A stretch of DNA of 25,529 bases from Gammaproteobacteria bacterium (GCA_030597275.1 JAUVSB010000001.1:1-25529); one strand, 5' to 3'; numbered from the stretch's first letter, positions 1 through 10,639 are shown. Notes: a model not told the origin generated them from the letters alone. A program made the numbers and translations.

Positions 1-10
1 GCAGAGCTTG

Positions 11-1153
11 CTATTCAGAGAGTTGCCAGGCAATGACATCACCTTCCAGTGTCTGTATCCATACTGAGCGACCGCGAGTAACGGGTTGGGAAAGAAACTC
101 ACTGCCTGTTTTTGCCCTTCCTTCAATCTCGCCTGTCGCGGAATTAATAATATGAACAAAACCCTTACTGTCTCCAACGACGATATGCTGACCTATTACA
201 GCTGGTGGCGTCAATTTTCTATTTAGAAGTTTATCCTGCTCCCATACGGTCTCACCATTTTCACGGTCTATCGCATAGACAATGTCATTTTCACCAACGA
301 CGAATAGATATCTTTCATCGGCATCCATGTCCTTATTCGTAGAAATATCATTTTCCCAGATCATTTTTGCAGAAGGAGCATCTATTGCTATGATTCTTGA
401 CTGGTAAGCGGCCGAATAGACTGTTTCATTAATCAAAATAGGTCTTGCATCGACATCAGCCAGCCGTTCGATTTCAGTTTTTCCGATGGAATCTCCTACT
501 CGGACTTCCCACAGGCGCTGTCCATTATCTAGTCGAATCAACATCAGCTTGCCGTTATCAAAACCAGCCAGCACAACATCACTTACAACCAACGGGCGAC
601 CTCTGCCCCGAAGCAGCAAACGTGGTGTGGATTCTGACAAAGTCCAGATAATTGTGCCATCGGTTGCTGATAAACCAATAAGTCTATCCCCGGAAGTGTG
701 TACGACAACAACATTCTGCCCCCCTGCAGGACTGGCAAGCACCCCTCCCTTTACATCACCAACCCATGCCGGGTTGCCATTGCTGGCATACAGTGCAACG
801 ACTTCACCATCTTCTGTTCCAGCCAGCAGCAAACCATCACCATAACCTATGCCGGCAGTAAGGGTCAGTTTCAGTTTCCGATTCCAGAGTTTATTTCCAG
901 TCTCAGCATCAAATGCCGTAATCACCCCTGATGTGGATGCGGTATACAGGGTTGTATCAACCAGAATGGGTTGAATCTGCCGGTTATTTTTTTGTATTTT
1001 CCCACTTGATGCTTTCCATACTCTACTGAGCTGTACATTTTCAGAAAAAGCCTCCAGTTTTGCCGGTGGATTCTGCTCTTCCTTGCCTCCAAAGCTCGAG
1101 CATCCTGCGAGGATAATCAGTGCAGAGGAAAGAAGTAAAAACTTGAATTTCAT
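11..1153 (-). CDS. bamB: Outer membrane protein assembly factor BamB (lipoprotein, PQQ-like beta-propeller)
   Basis: 380 aa. Lipobox LAGC after a hydrophobic signal peptide, and repeated beta-propeller motifs ending in G..(L/I)W. Canonical position after yfgM, with an ATGA overlap at 1150-1153. Confidence 0.95.
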   Translation of the reverse strand: MKFKFLLLSSALIILAGCSSFGGKEEQNPPAKLEAFSENVQLSRVWKASSGKIQKNNRQIQPILVDTTLYTASTSGVITAFDAETGNKLWNRKLKLTLTAGIGYGDGLLLAGTEDGEVVALYASNGNPAWVGDVKGGVLASPAGGQNVVVVHTSGDRLIGLSATDGTIIWTLSESTPRLLLRGRGRPLVVSDVVLAGFDNGKLMLIRLDNGQRLWEVRVGDSIGKTEIERLADVDARPILINETVYSAAYQSRIIAIDAPSAKMIWENDISTNKDMDADERYLFVVGENDIVYAIDRENGETVWEQDKLLNRKLTPPAVIGQHIVVGDSKGFVHIINSATGEIEGRAKTGSEFLSQPVTRGRSVWIQTLEGDVIAWQLSE

Positions 1154-1797
1154 AATTTACTGCCAGATGCAATTGCATCCAGTTTCATTTTCAACACAGG
1201 CTCGTACATAGAACCGGCAGCCAGTCCATCTATGGCTGCGCGATAGGCATCTCTCGCTTTCTCCGGCTGGCCAAGATCCTGATAAATATCTCCGCGCAAC
1301 TCATAATAGTGCGATTCAAAACCATCCATATGTTCCACACTTAACAGATCAAGGGCTTCAGCTGATTTTTTTTCAATCACCAGGATAGTAGCAAGCCTTA
1401 AGCGCGCAGCATGCACAGTTTCAAATTGTTTTGAATTATCAATCGCCCAGTTAAGCTTCTCTTTCGCTTCATCAGCATTCTTATTATCAAAGGCAATACG
1501 TGCCAGTATCAGTGCGGCTTTACCTGAATAGCTGGTGTCAGCGTAATCGTCAATGATTTTTTGTCCCGCACTGGTGGCTGCAATGGCCACCCGATGATTA
1601 GCTTGATCATTATTTATCATTTCCTGGTAGAGTTTTGATGCAGATTCCGCTCTGCCTGTTTGATACTCACCCCACCAGTTAAAACCGATAATAATAGATA
1701 ATCCGAGAACGACTCCGGATATTATGGGGAATCGATTTTCCAGCCACCATTTCCTTGCCTTTTCCTGCTCGTCATCTTCCACTAGATTAAGATCCAC
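1150..1797 (-). CDS. yfgM: YfgM family TPR membrane protein (ancillary SecYEG translocon subunit)
   Basis: 215 aa, GTG start. N-terminal DDEQE..KWW..N motif, one TM helix and TPR-like helices (ARLRLA, ELRGDI). Lies between hisS and bamB. Confidence 0.9.
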   Translation of the reverse strand: MDLNLVEDDEQEKARKWWLENRFPIISGVVLGLSIIIGFNWWGEYQTGRAESASKLYQEMINNDQANHRVAIAATSAGQKIIDDYADTSYSGKAALILARIAFDNKNADEAKEKLNWAIDNSKQFETVHAARLRLATILVIEKKSAEALDLLSVEHMDGFESHYYELRGDIYQDLGQPEKARDAYRAAIDGLAAGSMYEPVLKMKLDAIASGSKL

Positions 1798-1803
1798 TAT
1801 TTT

Positions 1804-3078
1804 TCACTCCTTTGTAGTGAGATATTTGTTCACTTCTGCAACAAAATTTTCACTGGAAAGTGAAAACTGTTCACCATCATCCAGCTGTTTCACTGTTATT
1901 GAACTGGTTTCCAGTTCATTTTCACCAATAATTAGCGCCATTCGTACATTACAGCGGTCGGCCTTTTTTAGCTGGCTTTTAAAACTTGTGTCACCAACGT
2001 TAGCTGTTACTGAGTATCCTGCATCGCGTATTTGCATGGCCAGGGACAGGCCAGTTTCCCTTGCTGCACCAGGTGTCTGGACAATATAGAAATCCTGTCT
2101 TTTTTCAGGCTGGCATAATTGCTCGATTTTCATTAATTCGATAAGACGCTCCATGCCAATGGCAAAACCTGCCGCAGGGACTCTCTTCTTTCCACCTAAC
2201 TTCTCAACCAGCTCGTCATATCGACCACCGCCACAAATGGCGCTCTGGGCACCCAACTTATCTGTAGTCCATTCAAAAACTGTTCTACTGTAATAATCAA
2301 GACCACGCACAAGTTTCGGATTCCTGACATACGGTATACCCAGATTATCCAGCAACTCCTTAACATGCTGAAAATGCTGACTGGATTCATCATCCAGATA
2401 TTCAAGTATATCAGGCGCGTTTTTATTCAGCTCGATTACAGCTTCATTTTTACTGTCCAGAATGCGTAAGGGATTTTTTTCCAGACGTCTTAATGAATCC
2501 TCATCCAGGCTGTTACGATTAGCCTGGTAATACTCGACCAGGGCTGAACGGTAGGCCAGTCTTGAATCAGACGCGCCCAGAGTATTTATTTCAAGTACTG
2601 TACTTGTTAGACCGAGTTGCTTCCATAGCTGACAGGTCATTGAAATGATTTCAACATCAAGCTCAGCTTCGGTCATACCAAAAGCTTCAACGCCTATCTG
2701 GTGAAACTGGCGATAACGCCCCTTTTGAGGTCGTTCATGTCGAAACATTGGACCGGTATACCAGACGCGCTGAATGGCATTATGCAGTAAACCATGCTGC
2801 AGCATTGCCCGTACTACACCGGCGGTGCCTTCAGGTCTTAGCGAAAGCTGGTCGCCATTACGATCCTGAAAACTGTACATCTCTTTTTCCACTATATCAG
2901 TCGCCTGACCGATTGAACGAGCGAACAGTTCTGTTTTTTCAACGACAGGTAAGCGGATCTCCTGATAGCCAAACAACCTGAAGACTTCAGCAGCGATCTT
3001 CTCCAATTGCTGCCAGCAAATTAAATCTCCGGGGAGCTGATCATTCATACCCCGAATAGCCTGTATAGAATTTGACAT
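1804..3078 (-). CDS. hisS: Histidine--tRNA ligase
   Basis: 424 aa. Motifs IRGMND, LRPEGTA, FRHERPQKGRYRQFHQ, LVRGLDYY, GGGRYD, GFAIGMER. Confidence 0.99.
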   Translation of the reverse strand: MSNSIQAIRGMNDQLPGDLICWQQLEKIAAEVFRLFGYQEIRLPVVEKTELFARSIGQATDIVEKEMYSFQDRNGDQLSLRPEGTAGVVRAMLQHGLLHNAIQRVWYTGPMFRHERPQKGRYRQFHQIGVEAFGMTEAELDVEIISMTCQLWKQLGLTSTVLEINTLGASDSRLAYRSALVEYYQANRNSLDEDSLRRLEKNPLRILDSKNEAVIELNKNAPDILEYLDDESSQHFQHVKELLDNLGIPYVRNPKLVRGLDYYSRTVFEWTTDKLGAQSAICGGGRYDELVEKLGGKKRVPAAGFAIGMERLIELMKIEQLCQPEKRQDFYIVQTPGAARETGLSLAMQIRDAGYSVTANVGDTSFKSQLKKADRCNVRMALIIGENELETSSITVKQLDDGEQFSLSSENFVAEVNKYLTTKE

Positions 3079-3080
3079 GA

Positions 3081-4094
3081 TTACGGGTTCACCGCATCGC
3101 CTACAGTAAAACGGGCATATACACCTCTGGTATGTGCTGAAACATCAACTTCAACGCCATTGAATGTAACTTTAACACCCTGTGCAAACCCAAAAAATAA
3201 TGTCATTGGAAGTTTTCCTGCGACGGCAATCTTTTCACCCTTCTTAACCGTGCGGTAGAGAAGTTTCTTACCATTAGCATCACGTACATCTGTCCAGCTG
3301 TCTTTACTATATTTAATAAACAAAGTGCCGTCATTGGTGATAACTGGATCATTACTTGTTTCGGATGTATCAACAACGGGCGCAGACACTTCAGATTGAA
3401 CCTGGCCAGTCTCTGGCGAGACAACAGCAACACCCAGTTCCATACCATTATCAGACTGACTCGTACCAGTTTGAGTAGCCAATCCATTTTCTGATTGTGT
3501 GTCTGAAACAGATTCTGACGCGGGTTCCATGGCCTCTTTAGAAACAAGCGAACTTTCATCTACTACTGCTTTTTCAGCTGACTTATTCAGATTCAGTTTA
3601 CTCGCTCCAACAGGTACTTCTGTAAGAACTGGTTTCCCCACTGCTACTGCCGTCTCAGTTTTATTCTCTTCGATAGCTAGTTTGTCGTAGGGTTTCAATA
3701 CCCATACAGCGCTTAAAATAATTACGACAGCCACAATACCCACGGCCAGCCAATAAACACTTTTGTTACTTTTATCTAAATCATCGCCACTTGCAGGCAA
3801 AACTGCTTGAGTATTCTTCTCAGTGCTACGGCTTAGTCTGGCAAATGACATTAGAATATCATTTTCAGCAACGCCGACCAGTCTTGCGTAGTTTCTCAAA
3901 TATCCCCTGACATAGGTTTCTTCAGGCATTCTGGAATAATCATTTTCTTCCAGAGCCAGCACCTGTGTTGGTGTCAGGCGTATTTCATAAGCAACATCCT
4001 CAGGACGGAGATTTTTTTCCTCGCGTGCTGTCTGCAGAAGCTTACCTGGTCCATTTACCGTGCTATCCTGGTCTTGAAACATCTCTTCGTTCAC
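3081..4094 (-). CDS. rodZ: Cytoskeleton protein RodZ (HTH, TM helix, DUF4115)
   Basis: 337 aa, GTG start. N-terminal HTH (G..L..ARE, ALEE, YVRGYLRNYARLVG), a TM segment, a low-complexity linker and a C-terminal SWTDVRDANG domain. Located downstream of pilW. Confidence 0.9.
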   Translation of the reverse strand: MNEEMFQDQDSTVNGPGKLLQTAREEKNLRPEDVAYEIRLTPTQVLALEENDYSRMPEETYVRGYLRNYARLVGVAENDILMSFARLSRSTEKNTQAVLPASGDDLDKSNKSVYWLAVGIVAVVIILSAVWVLKPYDKLAIEENKTETAVAVGKPVLTEVPVGASKLNLNKSAEKAVVDESSLVSKEAMEPASESVSDTQSENGLATQTGTSQSDNGMELGVAVVSPETGQVQSEVSAPVVDTSETSNDPVITNDGTLFIKYSKDSWTDVRDANGKKLLYRTVKKGEKIAVAGKLPMTLFFGFAQGVKVTFNGVEVDVSAHTRGVYARFTVGDAVNP

Positions 4095-4113
4095 TGCTTT
4101 TATTCTCTAATAA

Positions 4114-4860
4114 TTAACGAGTAAGCTTTTTCGCCTGGCTGGAGCCAGGATATTTACTGCGTAGTTTCAGGGCGTAGGATGCCGAGGTATTTTTATCGCC
4201 CAGAGTCTTTTCAGTCATAGTGGCAATATATAAAATTTCCGGTCCACCTTTAGCGCCCAACTGGAAATACCGCGAGTACCAGCCCCTGGTTTCCAGTGGC
4301 TTGCCCTTTATAAAACTAATCCTGGCCATTAGTAACAAAGCATCCAGGGAATTTGGATTTAACCTCAGTGATTGCCTCAATGCATTTTCTGCTTCCCGGT
4401 ATTTTTCCTGTTTGAAGAAGCAGGCACCCACATTCGATAGTAATCTCGCCCTTGCTTTATAGAGGACATTGCCAAGTAAGTCTTTATACAGGTCCTCGGC
4501 TTTCTTATATTCACCATTCCGACATAACAGGTTTGCATAATCATGCTGGGCGCTAGTCAGGGGATCAGGCTCTTTGATGGCTTTCTTGAAATAAGCTTCA
4601 GCTTTCTCCGATTTCTTCAGCCTGATCTGAATCAAGGCCATTATATAATTCGCAGACTTGTTATTCTTATCAAGGTCTAGTGATATTTTAATTTCCTCAA
4701 AAGCGACATCAAGTTGACCACGTTGTAAGTAATTGGCTGACAGATCAGCATGAATTTTTGATCTTTCCTCTGCAGATTGTACTTCAGGATCAGGGAAGGC
4801 CTTCTCTGTTACGCAGCCTGCAAGCAGCGAGAGCATTAAAAGAGCCGCTAAAATTTTCAA
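4114..4860 (-). CDS. pilW: Type IV pilus biogenesis/stability lipoprotein PilW (PilF), TPR
   Basis: 248 aa, TTG start overlapping the rlmN stop. Lipobox LAGC, TPR repeats and a C-terminal L...YPGS motif. Canonical rlmN-pilW-rodZ synteny. Confidence 0.9.
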   Translation of the reverse strand: MKILAALLMLSLLAGCVTEKAFPDPEVQSAEERSKIHADLSANYLQRGQLDVAFEEIKISLDLDKNNKSANYIMALIQIRLKKSEKAEAYFKKAIKEPDPLTSAQHDYANLLCRNGEYKKAEDLYKDLLGNVLYKARARLLSNVGACFFKQEKYREAENALRQSLRLNPNSLDALLLMARISFIKGKPLETRGWYSRYFQLGAKGGPEILYIATMTEKTLGDKNTSASYALKLRSKYPGSSQAKKLTR

Positions 4861-5990
4861 TGTATTTCCCCTGTTAGAGTAACTTGCTGCAAACGTTCTG
4901 TACGCCGTGTCCTATCGGTAAATTTTCCTGCCAGCTGCCCACAGGCTGCATCAATCTCATCACCACGTGTTTTTCTCGTCACCGTCATTATTCCTTTTTG
5001 CATTAAAATATCACGGAAATGATTGATACGAGTCAATGATGAACTGCTGTACCCACTGCCTTTAAAAGGGTTAAAGGGGATCAGGTTAAGCTTGCATGGC
5101 ACATTGCCGATGACTTTAGCCAGTTTTCTTGCCTGCGCATCAGAATCGTTTACACCTGCCAGCATAACGTATTCAAATGTTATTTTCTGGTGTGGCAGCC
5201 CCTTGGTGTACTCACGACATGCGTGCATTAACTCCTGAATCGGGTATTTCCGGTTGATAGGAACTAATTCATTTCTCAATTCATCATCGGGTGCATGTAA
5301 AGAAACGGCCAGGCTGACGGGACATTCCTTACTCAAGCGCTGCATTTCAGGCAACAGCCCTGAAGTACTGAGTGTGACGCGGCGTTTTGACAGGCCATAG
5401 GCAAAATCTTCCTGCATCAGTCGCATTGCCTGCACCACATTATCATAATTAAGCATTGGTTCACCCATGCCCATCATGACGACGTTTGTAACCGGCCGCT
5501 CATTATCTGGACGGACTAACAGCTGATTGGCAAGCCGCAGTTGGCCGACTATCTCAGCAGAGGTCAGATTACGATTAAAGCCCTGTCGGGCAGTAGCACA
5601 AAAGCTGCAATTTAAAGCGCAACCAACCTGTGAAGAGACACATAAAGTACCGCGCCCCGCTTCCGGGATAAAAACAGCTTCAATGCTGTTTCCATCTTCT
5701 AGTCTCAATAGCCATTTTCGTGTGCCATCTTCTGATGCCTGGTCATTAATGATTTCAGGCAATGTGAATGAAACCTGGCTGGCAAGCTTCAATCTCAGAT
5801 TCTTGCTCAGGTTCGTCATCTCAGAAAAATCATAAACACCCTGCTGGTGTACCCATTTCAGAACCTGCGTGGCGCGAAATGGCTTTTCGCCCAGTGACGC
5901 AAAATACTCCTCAAGTGCCAGACGGTCGTGTCCCATCAGGTTTTCCAGAGAAGCTTGAGATGTAGCAATATCAGTCACTGATAATTCCAT
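4857..5990 (-). CDS. rlmN: Dual-specificity 23S rRNA m2A2503/tRNA m2A37 methyltransferase RlmN (radical SAM)
   Basis: 377 aa. Motifs [15 protein letters not shown] (CxxxCxxC), [24 protein letters not shown]. Confidence 0.98.
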   Translation of the reverse strand: MELSVTDIATSQASLENLMGHDRLALEEYFASLGEKPFRATQVLKWVHQQGVYDFSEMTNLSKNLRLKLASQVSFTLPEIINDQASEDGTRKWLLRLEDGNSIEAVFIPEAGRGTLCVSSQVGCALNCSFCATARQGFNRNLTSAEIVGQLRLANQLLVRPDNERPVTNVVMMGMGEPMLNYDNVVQAMRLMQEDFAYGLSKRRVTLSTSGLLPEMQRLSKECPVSLAVSLHAPDDELRNELVPINRKYPIQELMHACREYTKGLPHQKITFEYVMLAGVNDSDAQARKLAKVIGNVPCKLNLIPFNPFKGSGYSSSSLTRINHFRDILMQKGIMTVTRKTRGDEIDAACGQLAGKFTDRTRRTERLQQVTLTGEIH

Positions 5991-6126
5991 TTTCTTGGTC
6001 AGGGTTACTTATGAGGAAAGACGTGACAACAGGAACTATGGATTATGTCGAACAGCATCCAAAGTATTGAAATAGTTAATGAGTGTCTTTCACAAAAGCA
6101 GAATCAAGCACGCTATTTTACCTGTC

Positions 6127-7452
6127 TCAGACAGGTCGGGCAATCAATCTGCTGCCGTCTATGCCGGTTATTTGTACATTTATCAAGTTACCGGGCTCAA
6201 ATGTACCACCATGGACAATAATTGGGAGATATTCTGCTGATCTGCCTGTTACCCGGTGAAGGTGTTCCTTATCCACTTTTTCAACTAATACTATCGCTTT
6301 ATGGCAGGTTTCAAGCATCCGCTTGAATAACTCATCTCGTACTCTCTCGCCTGCATTGATCAACAGACGAGTTCGTTGTTTACGCAGCACATGCGGGACC
6401 TGATTGGGTATGCGTTCTGCCGGCACACCTGGCCTGTCTGAGTAACTAAAGACATGCGGGAATGCTATACCCAATTTTTCAATCATCGTGACACTATCTT
6501 CAAATGCCTGTTCTGATTCTGTTGGGAACCCTGCCATGATATCTGCACCAAAAACAACACCTGGCACTCTGGCAGATAACTCTGCAACCCTGTCATACAT
6601 CAATTCTGCTGTATAACGCCGCTTCATGCGCTTTAATATCAGGGCATTGCCACTTTGCAGCGAGAGATGAAAATGCGGGCATATTTTCTCTTCGTCAGCG
6701 AGAACATCAATCAATTCAGCATCAAGATAAGAAGGATCAATAGAACTGATGCGCAGCCTGAAGTCTCCATCCAGGCTACAAACTTCACGTAATAACCTGG
6801 CCAGATTGTACTGCTGCCCACCTGCCTCCAGTCCTTCCCCATAGCTGCCGATATCAACCCCGCAGAGAACTATTTCACGGTAACCATTCAATACCAGCCT
6901 TTCAATCTGGCGTCGAATCAGGGTTACAGGAAAAGAGCGTGAAGGCCCTCGTGCAGTGTGAATAATGCAAAAGGTGCAGCCCTGATTGCAGCCCTGCTGA
7001 ACCTGTACAAAAGCACGCGTGTGTCCTTCGCAGGTTTCAATTATGTCCTGTGGCCGGGAAACATGCTCATTCAGGTCCCCGACCAGCACAGGAGGCAGCT
7101 TGCCCTGCATAAGGTCAGGTAATAATTCATGTAAATCCAGTTTACGATCATTTCCCAGCACCAGGTCAACACCGGGTATTTCAGCACAGGCATCGGGAGA
7201 TATTTGTGCGTAACAACCTGTCACGACAATCAGAGACTGGGGGTTCTGCCTGATCAATCGGCGTACGGTTTGCCTGGCCTGGCGATCCGCCTCGTTAGTG
7301 ACGGTGCAAGTATTGACGATATACAGATCGGCATGATCAGTGTGATCAACCTGCTGCCAGTTGATATTTTGCAGCGAATGGCCGATCAGGCCGGATTCAA
7401 ACAGATTAACCTTGCAGCCAAGGGTCGTCGTCGCGAATGAATATTGCTTCAA
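6127..7452 (-). CDS. mtaB: tRNA t6A37 methylthiotransferase MtaB (radical SAM, MTTase family)
   Basis: 441 aa, TTG start. MTTase N-terminal cysteines in TLGCKVN, NTCTVT..AD and VTGCYAQ, which is the MtaB-type signature. Also QGCNQGCTFC, HFHLSLQSG and a C-terminal TRAM-like domain. Confidence 0.85.
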   Translation of the reverse strand: MKQYSFATTTLGCKVNLFESGLIGHSLQNINWQQVDHTDHADLYIVNTCTVTNEADRQARQTVRRLIRQNPQSLIVVTGCYAQISPDACAEIPGVDLVLGNDRKLDLHELLPDLMQGKLPPVLVGDLNEHVSRPQDIIETCEGHTRAFVQVQQGCNQGCTFCIIHTARGPSRSFPVTLIRRQIERLVLNGYREIVLCGVDIGSYGEGLEAGGQQYNLARLLREVCSLDGDFRLRISSIDPSYLDAELIDVLADEEKICPHFHLSLQSGNALILKRMKRRYTAELMYDRVAELSARVPGVVFGADIMAGFPTESEQAFEDSVTMIEKLGIAFPHVFSYSDRPGVPAERIPNQVPHVLRKQRTRLLINAGERVRDELFKRMLETCHKAIVLVEKVDKEHLHRVTGRSAEYLPIIVHGGTFEPGNLINVQITGIDGSRLIARPV

Positions 7453-7497
7453 AACTAGATCTGAATATCGTGATAAGGTTGTGATTATATTATGTTT

Positions 7498-7531
7498 TAG
7501 GTTTTACCTAACACCTAATACTTAAACCGTA
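7498..7531 (-). repeat. Degenerate heptamer tract and small hairpin downstream of iscX
   Basis: TTACCTA ACACCTA ATACTTA AACCGTA shows a 7-nt period at 7504-7531. TAGGT-TTT-ACCTA forms a palindrome at 7498-7510. Confidence 0.35.
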
Positions 7532-7539
7532 ATCCCTTC

Positions 7540-7734
7540 CTATTCCCTTTCTTCAATCCAGGCCATTTGTATGGCTTCGAGGATACGCTCACCACAATGT
7601 TCAGCCTCTTCTTCAAATCCATCGATGGCCATTACCATCTCCATCAACTGTGGAAAAGCGATGGTCAAAGGATCAATATCAGGATTGTTATCTGCCAGTT
7701 CAATGGCAATATCAAGGGTATCAGTCCATTTCAT
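7540..7734 (-). CDS. iscX: Fe-S cluster assembly protein IscX (YfhJ)
   Basis: MKWTD..IAI.L...PD.DP..ILEAIQMAWIEE motif. ATG at 7734 is preferred over the TTG at 7740 because AAGGA lies upstream. Follows fdx. Confidence 0.93.
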   Translation of the reverse strand: MKWTDTLDIAIELADNNPDIDPLTIAFPQLMEMVMAIDGFEEEAEHCGERILEAIQMAWIEERE

Positions 7735-7773
7735 TTCCAATTCCTTATCATTAATGGGTACTTTAGAGGTGCC

Positions 7774-8112
7774 TTAGTGAATTTCAGAAACCTGGTTAAT
7801 GGTATATTTTGGTATTTCGATGATCAAATCTTCATCTCCCACTACAGCCTGACACGAAAGTCTTGAATCAGGTTCCAGGCCCCAGGCCTTATCCAGCATA
7901 TCCTCTTCATCATCTGTCGGTTCGTTCAGTGAATCAAACCCCCGTTGAATAATGACATGACAGGTAGTGCAGGCACAGGCTTTCTCGCATGCATGTTCTA
8001 TATTAATGCCATTCTCTAAGGCTGCATTAAGAATAGTCACCCCCGGCTCAACTTCAATTTCCATTCCCTCAGGACAAACCTCATGGTGCGGCATGAATTT
8101 CAATTTTGTCAT
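7774..8112 (-). CDS. fdx: ISC system [2Fe-2S] ferredoxin
   Basis: 112 aa. Motifs HACEKACACTTCH, MLDKAWGLE, SRLSCQ. Located after hscA. Confidence 0.97.
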   Translation of the reverse strand: MTKLKFMPHHEVCPEGMEIEVEPGVTILNAALENGINIEHACEKACACTTCHVIIQRGFDSLNEPTDDEEDMLDKAWGLEPDSRLSCQAVVGDEDLIIEIPKYTINQVSEIH

Positions 8113-8115
8113 TTT

Positions 8116-9996
8116 TTACTCACTGAACTCGTTGATGTTGTGGCCTGCCATGACGCTGCGAATACTGGCATCCATGCGACGAGCAGCAAAGACTTCAGAC
8201 AGTTGATTGAGGTCAGAGATTGCCTGCTTTATAGATTCAGCATCGCCAGTATCGGCTAAAGCTTTTAATTCTTCCATGCCGGCAATTAGAGATGATCTTT
8301 CATCATTATCCAGTAATTTGTGCCCATCTTCTTCTAACGCGCTTTCAAGTGCCAGAATCGCCCGGTCGGCTTCGACTTGCTGTTCCGCCAGTTGTCGGGC
8401 GTGAACATCATCTCTAGCATGGGTGATTGAGTCTCTCAGCATTTGCTCAATTTCTGTATCCGTAAGGCCATAAGATGGCTTAACGTCAATCTGCGTCTCT
8501 ACGCCTGTTGTCGCTTCTCGGGCACTGACACTGAGCAGGCCATCTGCATCGACCTGGAAACTCACTTTGATCCGGCCATTTCCCGCCACCATAGGGGGGA
8601 TTCCATGTAATTCAAAACGAGCCAGTGAACGGCAGTCAGAAACCAGTTCTCTGTCGCCCTGAAGCACATGGATAGACATCGCTGTCTGACCATCTTTATA
8701 GGTTGTAAACTCCTGTGCACGCGTAACAGGGATGGTCGCATTTCGTGGAATAATTTTTTCTACCATGCCGCCCATGATTTCTATACCCAAAGATAAAGGA
8801 ATGACATCAAGCAGCAACATATCATCAGCTGAGCGATTGCCGATCAGAATATTCGCCTGAATCGCTGCACCGATAGCGACAACCTGGTCGGGGTCAACAC
8901 CGGTATATAGCCCTTTAGAAAAAAACTTTTCTACCTTTTGTTTCACATCAAGGACCCGCGTTGAACCGCCAACCATGACAATTCCATCGATATCCTCCTT
9001 ATCCAGGCCAGCATCGCGTAGACTACGTCGACATGGCAGTAAGGTTTTATCTATTACAGGAGCAATAAGCTCATTCATGGTAGAACGGTCAAGGACAATT
9101 TTTTTATTCGACCCATCAGGTAAACTGAGCTCTATATCTGTTGAATCATCCTCAGTCAGTGCTTCTTTGGCTGCACGCGCTGCGACCAGCGCCTGCCGTA
9201 GAAAATGGCTGTCGACGTTTAGATCATCGTTACCAATCTCGTCGAGCATCCATTCAGCAATCAACCTGTCCATATCATCGCCGCCCAGGGCAGAATCACC
9301 TGCAGTGGCAAGAACCTCAAAAATACCTTTATTGAGACGTAAGATGGAGACATCGAAAGTCCCTCCACCGAGGTCATAGATCGCATAGACACCTTCTGAG
9401 CCCTGATCCAGGCCATAGGCTACTGCTGCTGCAGTGGGTTCGTTGAGTAAGCGCATAACATTAAGCCCCGCCAGACGTGCAGCATCTTTTGTTGCCTGCC
9501 TTTGCGCATCATCAAAATATGCGGGTACTGTGATTACCACACCGCTCAGATCGCCACCCAGGGAAATTTCAGCACGTTTTTTCAGTGCGGTCAGAATCTC
9601 AGCACTAACCTCAATTGCACTACGGGGGCCGTCAGCGGTAATGATTCTGGGCACATTGGCAGACTCATCATCAAAGTTGTAGGGCATATGATCACGCAAT
9701 GATTTGATATCTGCCGTTTTACGGCCAATCATTCGTTTGGCCGATGCAATAGTATTCATTGGATCATTGACCACAGCGTTCAGCGCCAGGTAGCCTATTT
9801 GCGGGTCACCGTCAGCGCGATAACGTACAACGGAAGGCAGCAGGCTGCGCCCCTGCTCATCCAGTAGAACAACTGCTTCGCCACTTCGTACGGTTGCAAT
9901 CAGTGAATTGGTAGTACCCAGATCGATACCCACAGCCAGACGATGTTCATGTGGAACAGTAGATTTTCCCGGTTCGCTTATTTGCAGCAATGCCAT
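8116..9996 (-). CDS. hscA: Fe-S protein assembly chaperone HscA (Hsp70)
   Basis: 626 aa. Start [10 protein letters not shown], then [35 protein letters not shown] and [11 protein letters not shown]. Confidence 0.98.
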   Translation of the reverse strand: MALLQISEPGKSTVPHEHRLAVGIDLGTTNSLIATVRSGEAVVLLDEQGRSLLPSVVRYRADGDPQIGYLALNAVVNDPMNTIASAKRMIGRKTADIKSLRDHMPYNFDDESANVPRIITADGPRSAIEVSAEILTALKKRAEISLGGDLSGVVITVPAYFDDAQRQATKDAARLAGLNVMRLLNEPTAAAVAYGLDQGSEGVYAIYDLGGGTFDVSILRLNKGIFEVLATAGDSALGGDDMDRLIAEWMLDEIGNDDLNVDSHFLRQALVAARAAKEALTEDDSTDIELSLPDGSNKKIVLDRSTMNELIAPVIDKTLLPCRRSLRDAGLDKEDIDGIVMVGGSTRVLDVKQKVEKFFSKGLYTGVDPDQVVAIGAAIQANILIGNRSADDMLLLDVIPLSLGIEIMGGMVEKIIPRNATIPVTRAQEFTTYKDGQTAMSIHVLQGDRELVSDCRSLARFELHGIPPMVAGNGRIKVSFQVDADGLLSVSAREATTGVETQIDVKPSYGLTDTEIEQMLRDSITHARDDVHARQLAEQQVEADRAILALESALEEDGHKLLDNDERSSLIAGMEELKALADTGDAESIKQAISDLNQLSEVFAARRMDASIRSVMAGHNINEFSE

Positions 9997-10035
9997 TGAT
10001 AATTATCTCGACGGTCTTATTCAGTATGTTTATTG

Positions 10036-10596
10036 TCAGAATAAAGCTTCTTCTGCGTCGTTTATCTCAGACTGCATGCGATTAAGAAACTGTAATTCAC
10101 GCACCAGGTGACGTGCTGTGTCTAGCCCTGATTCCTGAGCCGAACCTGACTCGGCCGTATTATCCAATATCTCAGCGATACTTGCTTCTCTTTTCGAGAA
10201 CTCATTGTTGACCTTAATAGCCAGTCGACCCAGTGCATCTAGTGCTGAGTCTGCTGAAGACTGAGCGGCTTCCATCTCTTCACGCAGTTCTATTTGCTGC
10301 ATCAGAAACTCAGGATCCATACGGGTATCAAGCTCTTCATCGGTACTTATGCCCAGCAATGAAAGCATGTAACGTCCACGCTGCATGGGGTCATTCAATG
10401 TTGTAAAGGCTTCGTTAATTAGTGCTGCATACTGCGCAGAGAGGCGGCGCTCCTGCTCGCTTGCACTGGCAAAGTTATCCGGATGAAACTTTTTCTGCAG
10501 ATCTCGAAAGCGGTCCCGCAACAGCTGGCGGTCGAGCGAATAGGCATTTTCAATCCCGAAAAGATCGAAGAAATTATTTTCTAACAATGTTTGCAT
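10036..10596 (-). CDS. hscB: Fe-S protein assembly co-chaperone HscB (J-domain)
   Basis: Start reassigned to the ATG at 10596 (MQTLLENNFFDLFGI), giving 186 aa. Has the J-domain HPD motif, INEAFTTL.DP..R and DPEFLMQQIELRE. The longer 224-aa ORF overlaps iscA. Confidence 0.95.
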   Translation of the reverse strand: MQTLLENNFFDLFGIENAYSLDRQLLRDRFRDLQKKFHPDNFASASEQERRLSAQYAALINEAFTTLNDPMQRGRYMLSLLGISTDEELDTRMDPEFLMQQIELREEMEAAQSSADSALDALGRLAIKVNNEFSKREASIAEILDNTAESGSAQESGLDTARHLVRELQFLNRMQSEINDAEEALF

Positions 10597-10639
10597 GATC
10601 AGGTTAGTATTGCAGGAAGACGCAACAGAAAAAGGGGCT

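Noticed and set aside
3360-3670. Low-complexity Ser/Thr/Glu-rich segment in RodZ
   Set aside because: This is the normal variable periplasmic linker of RodZ.
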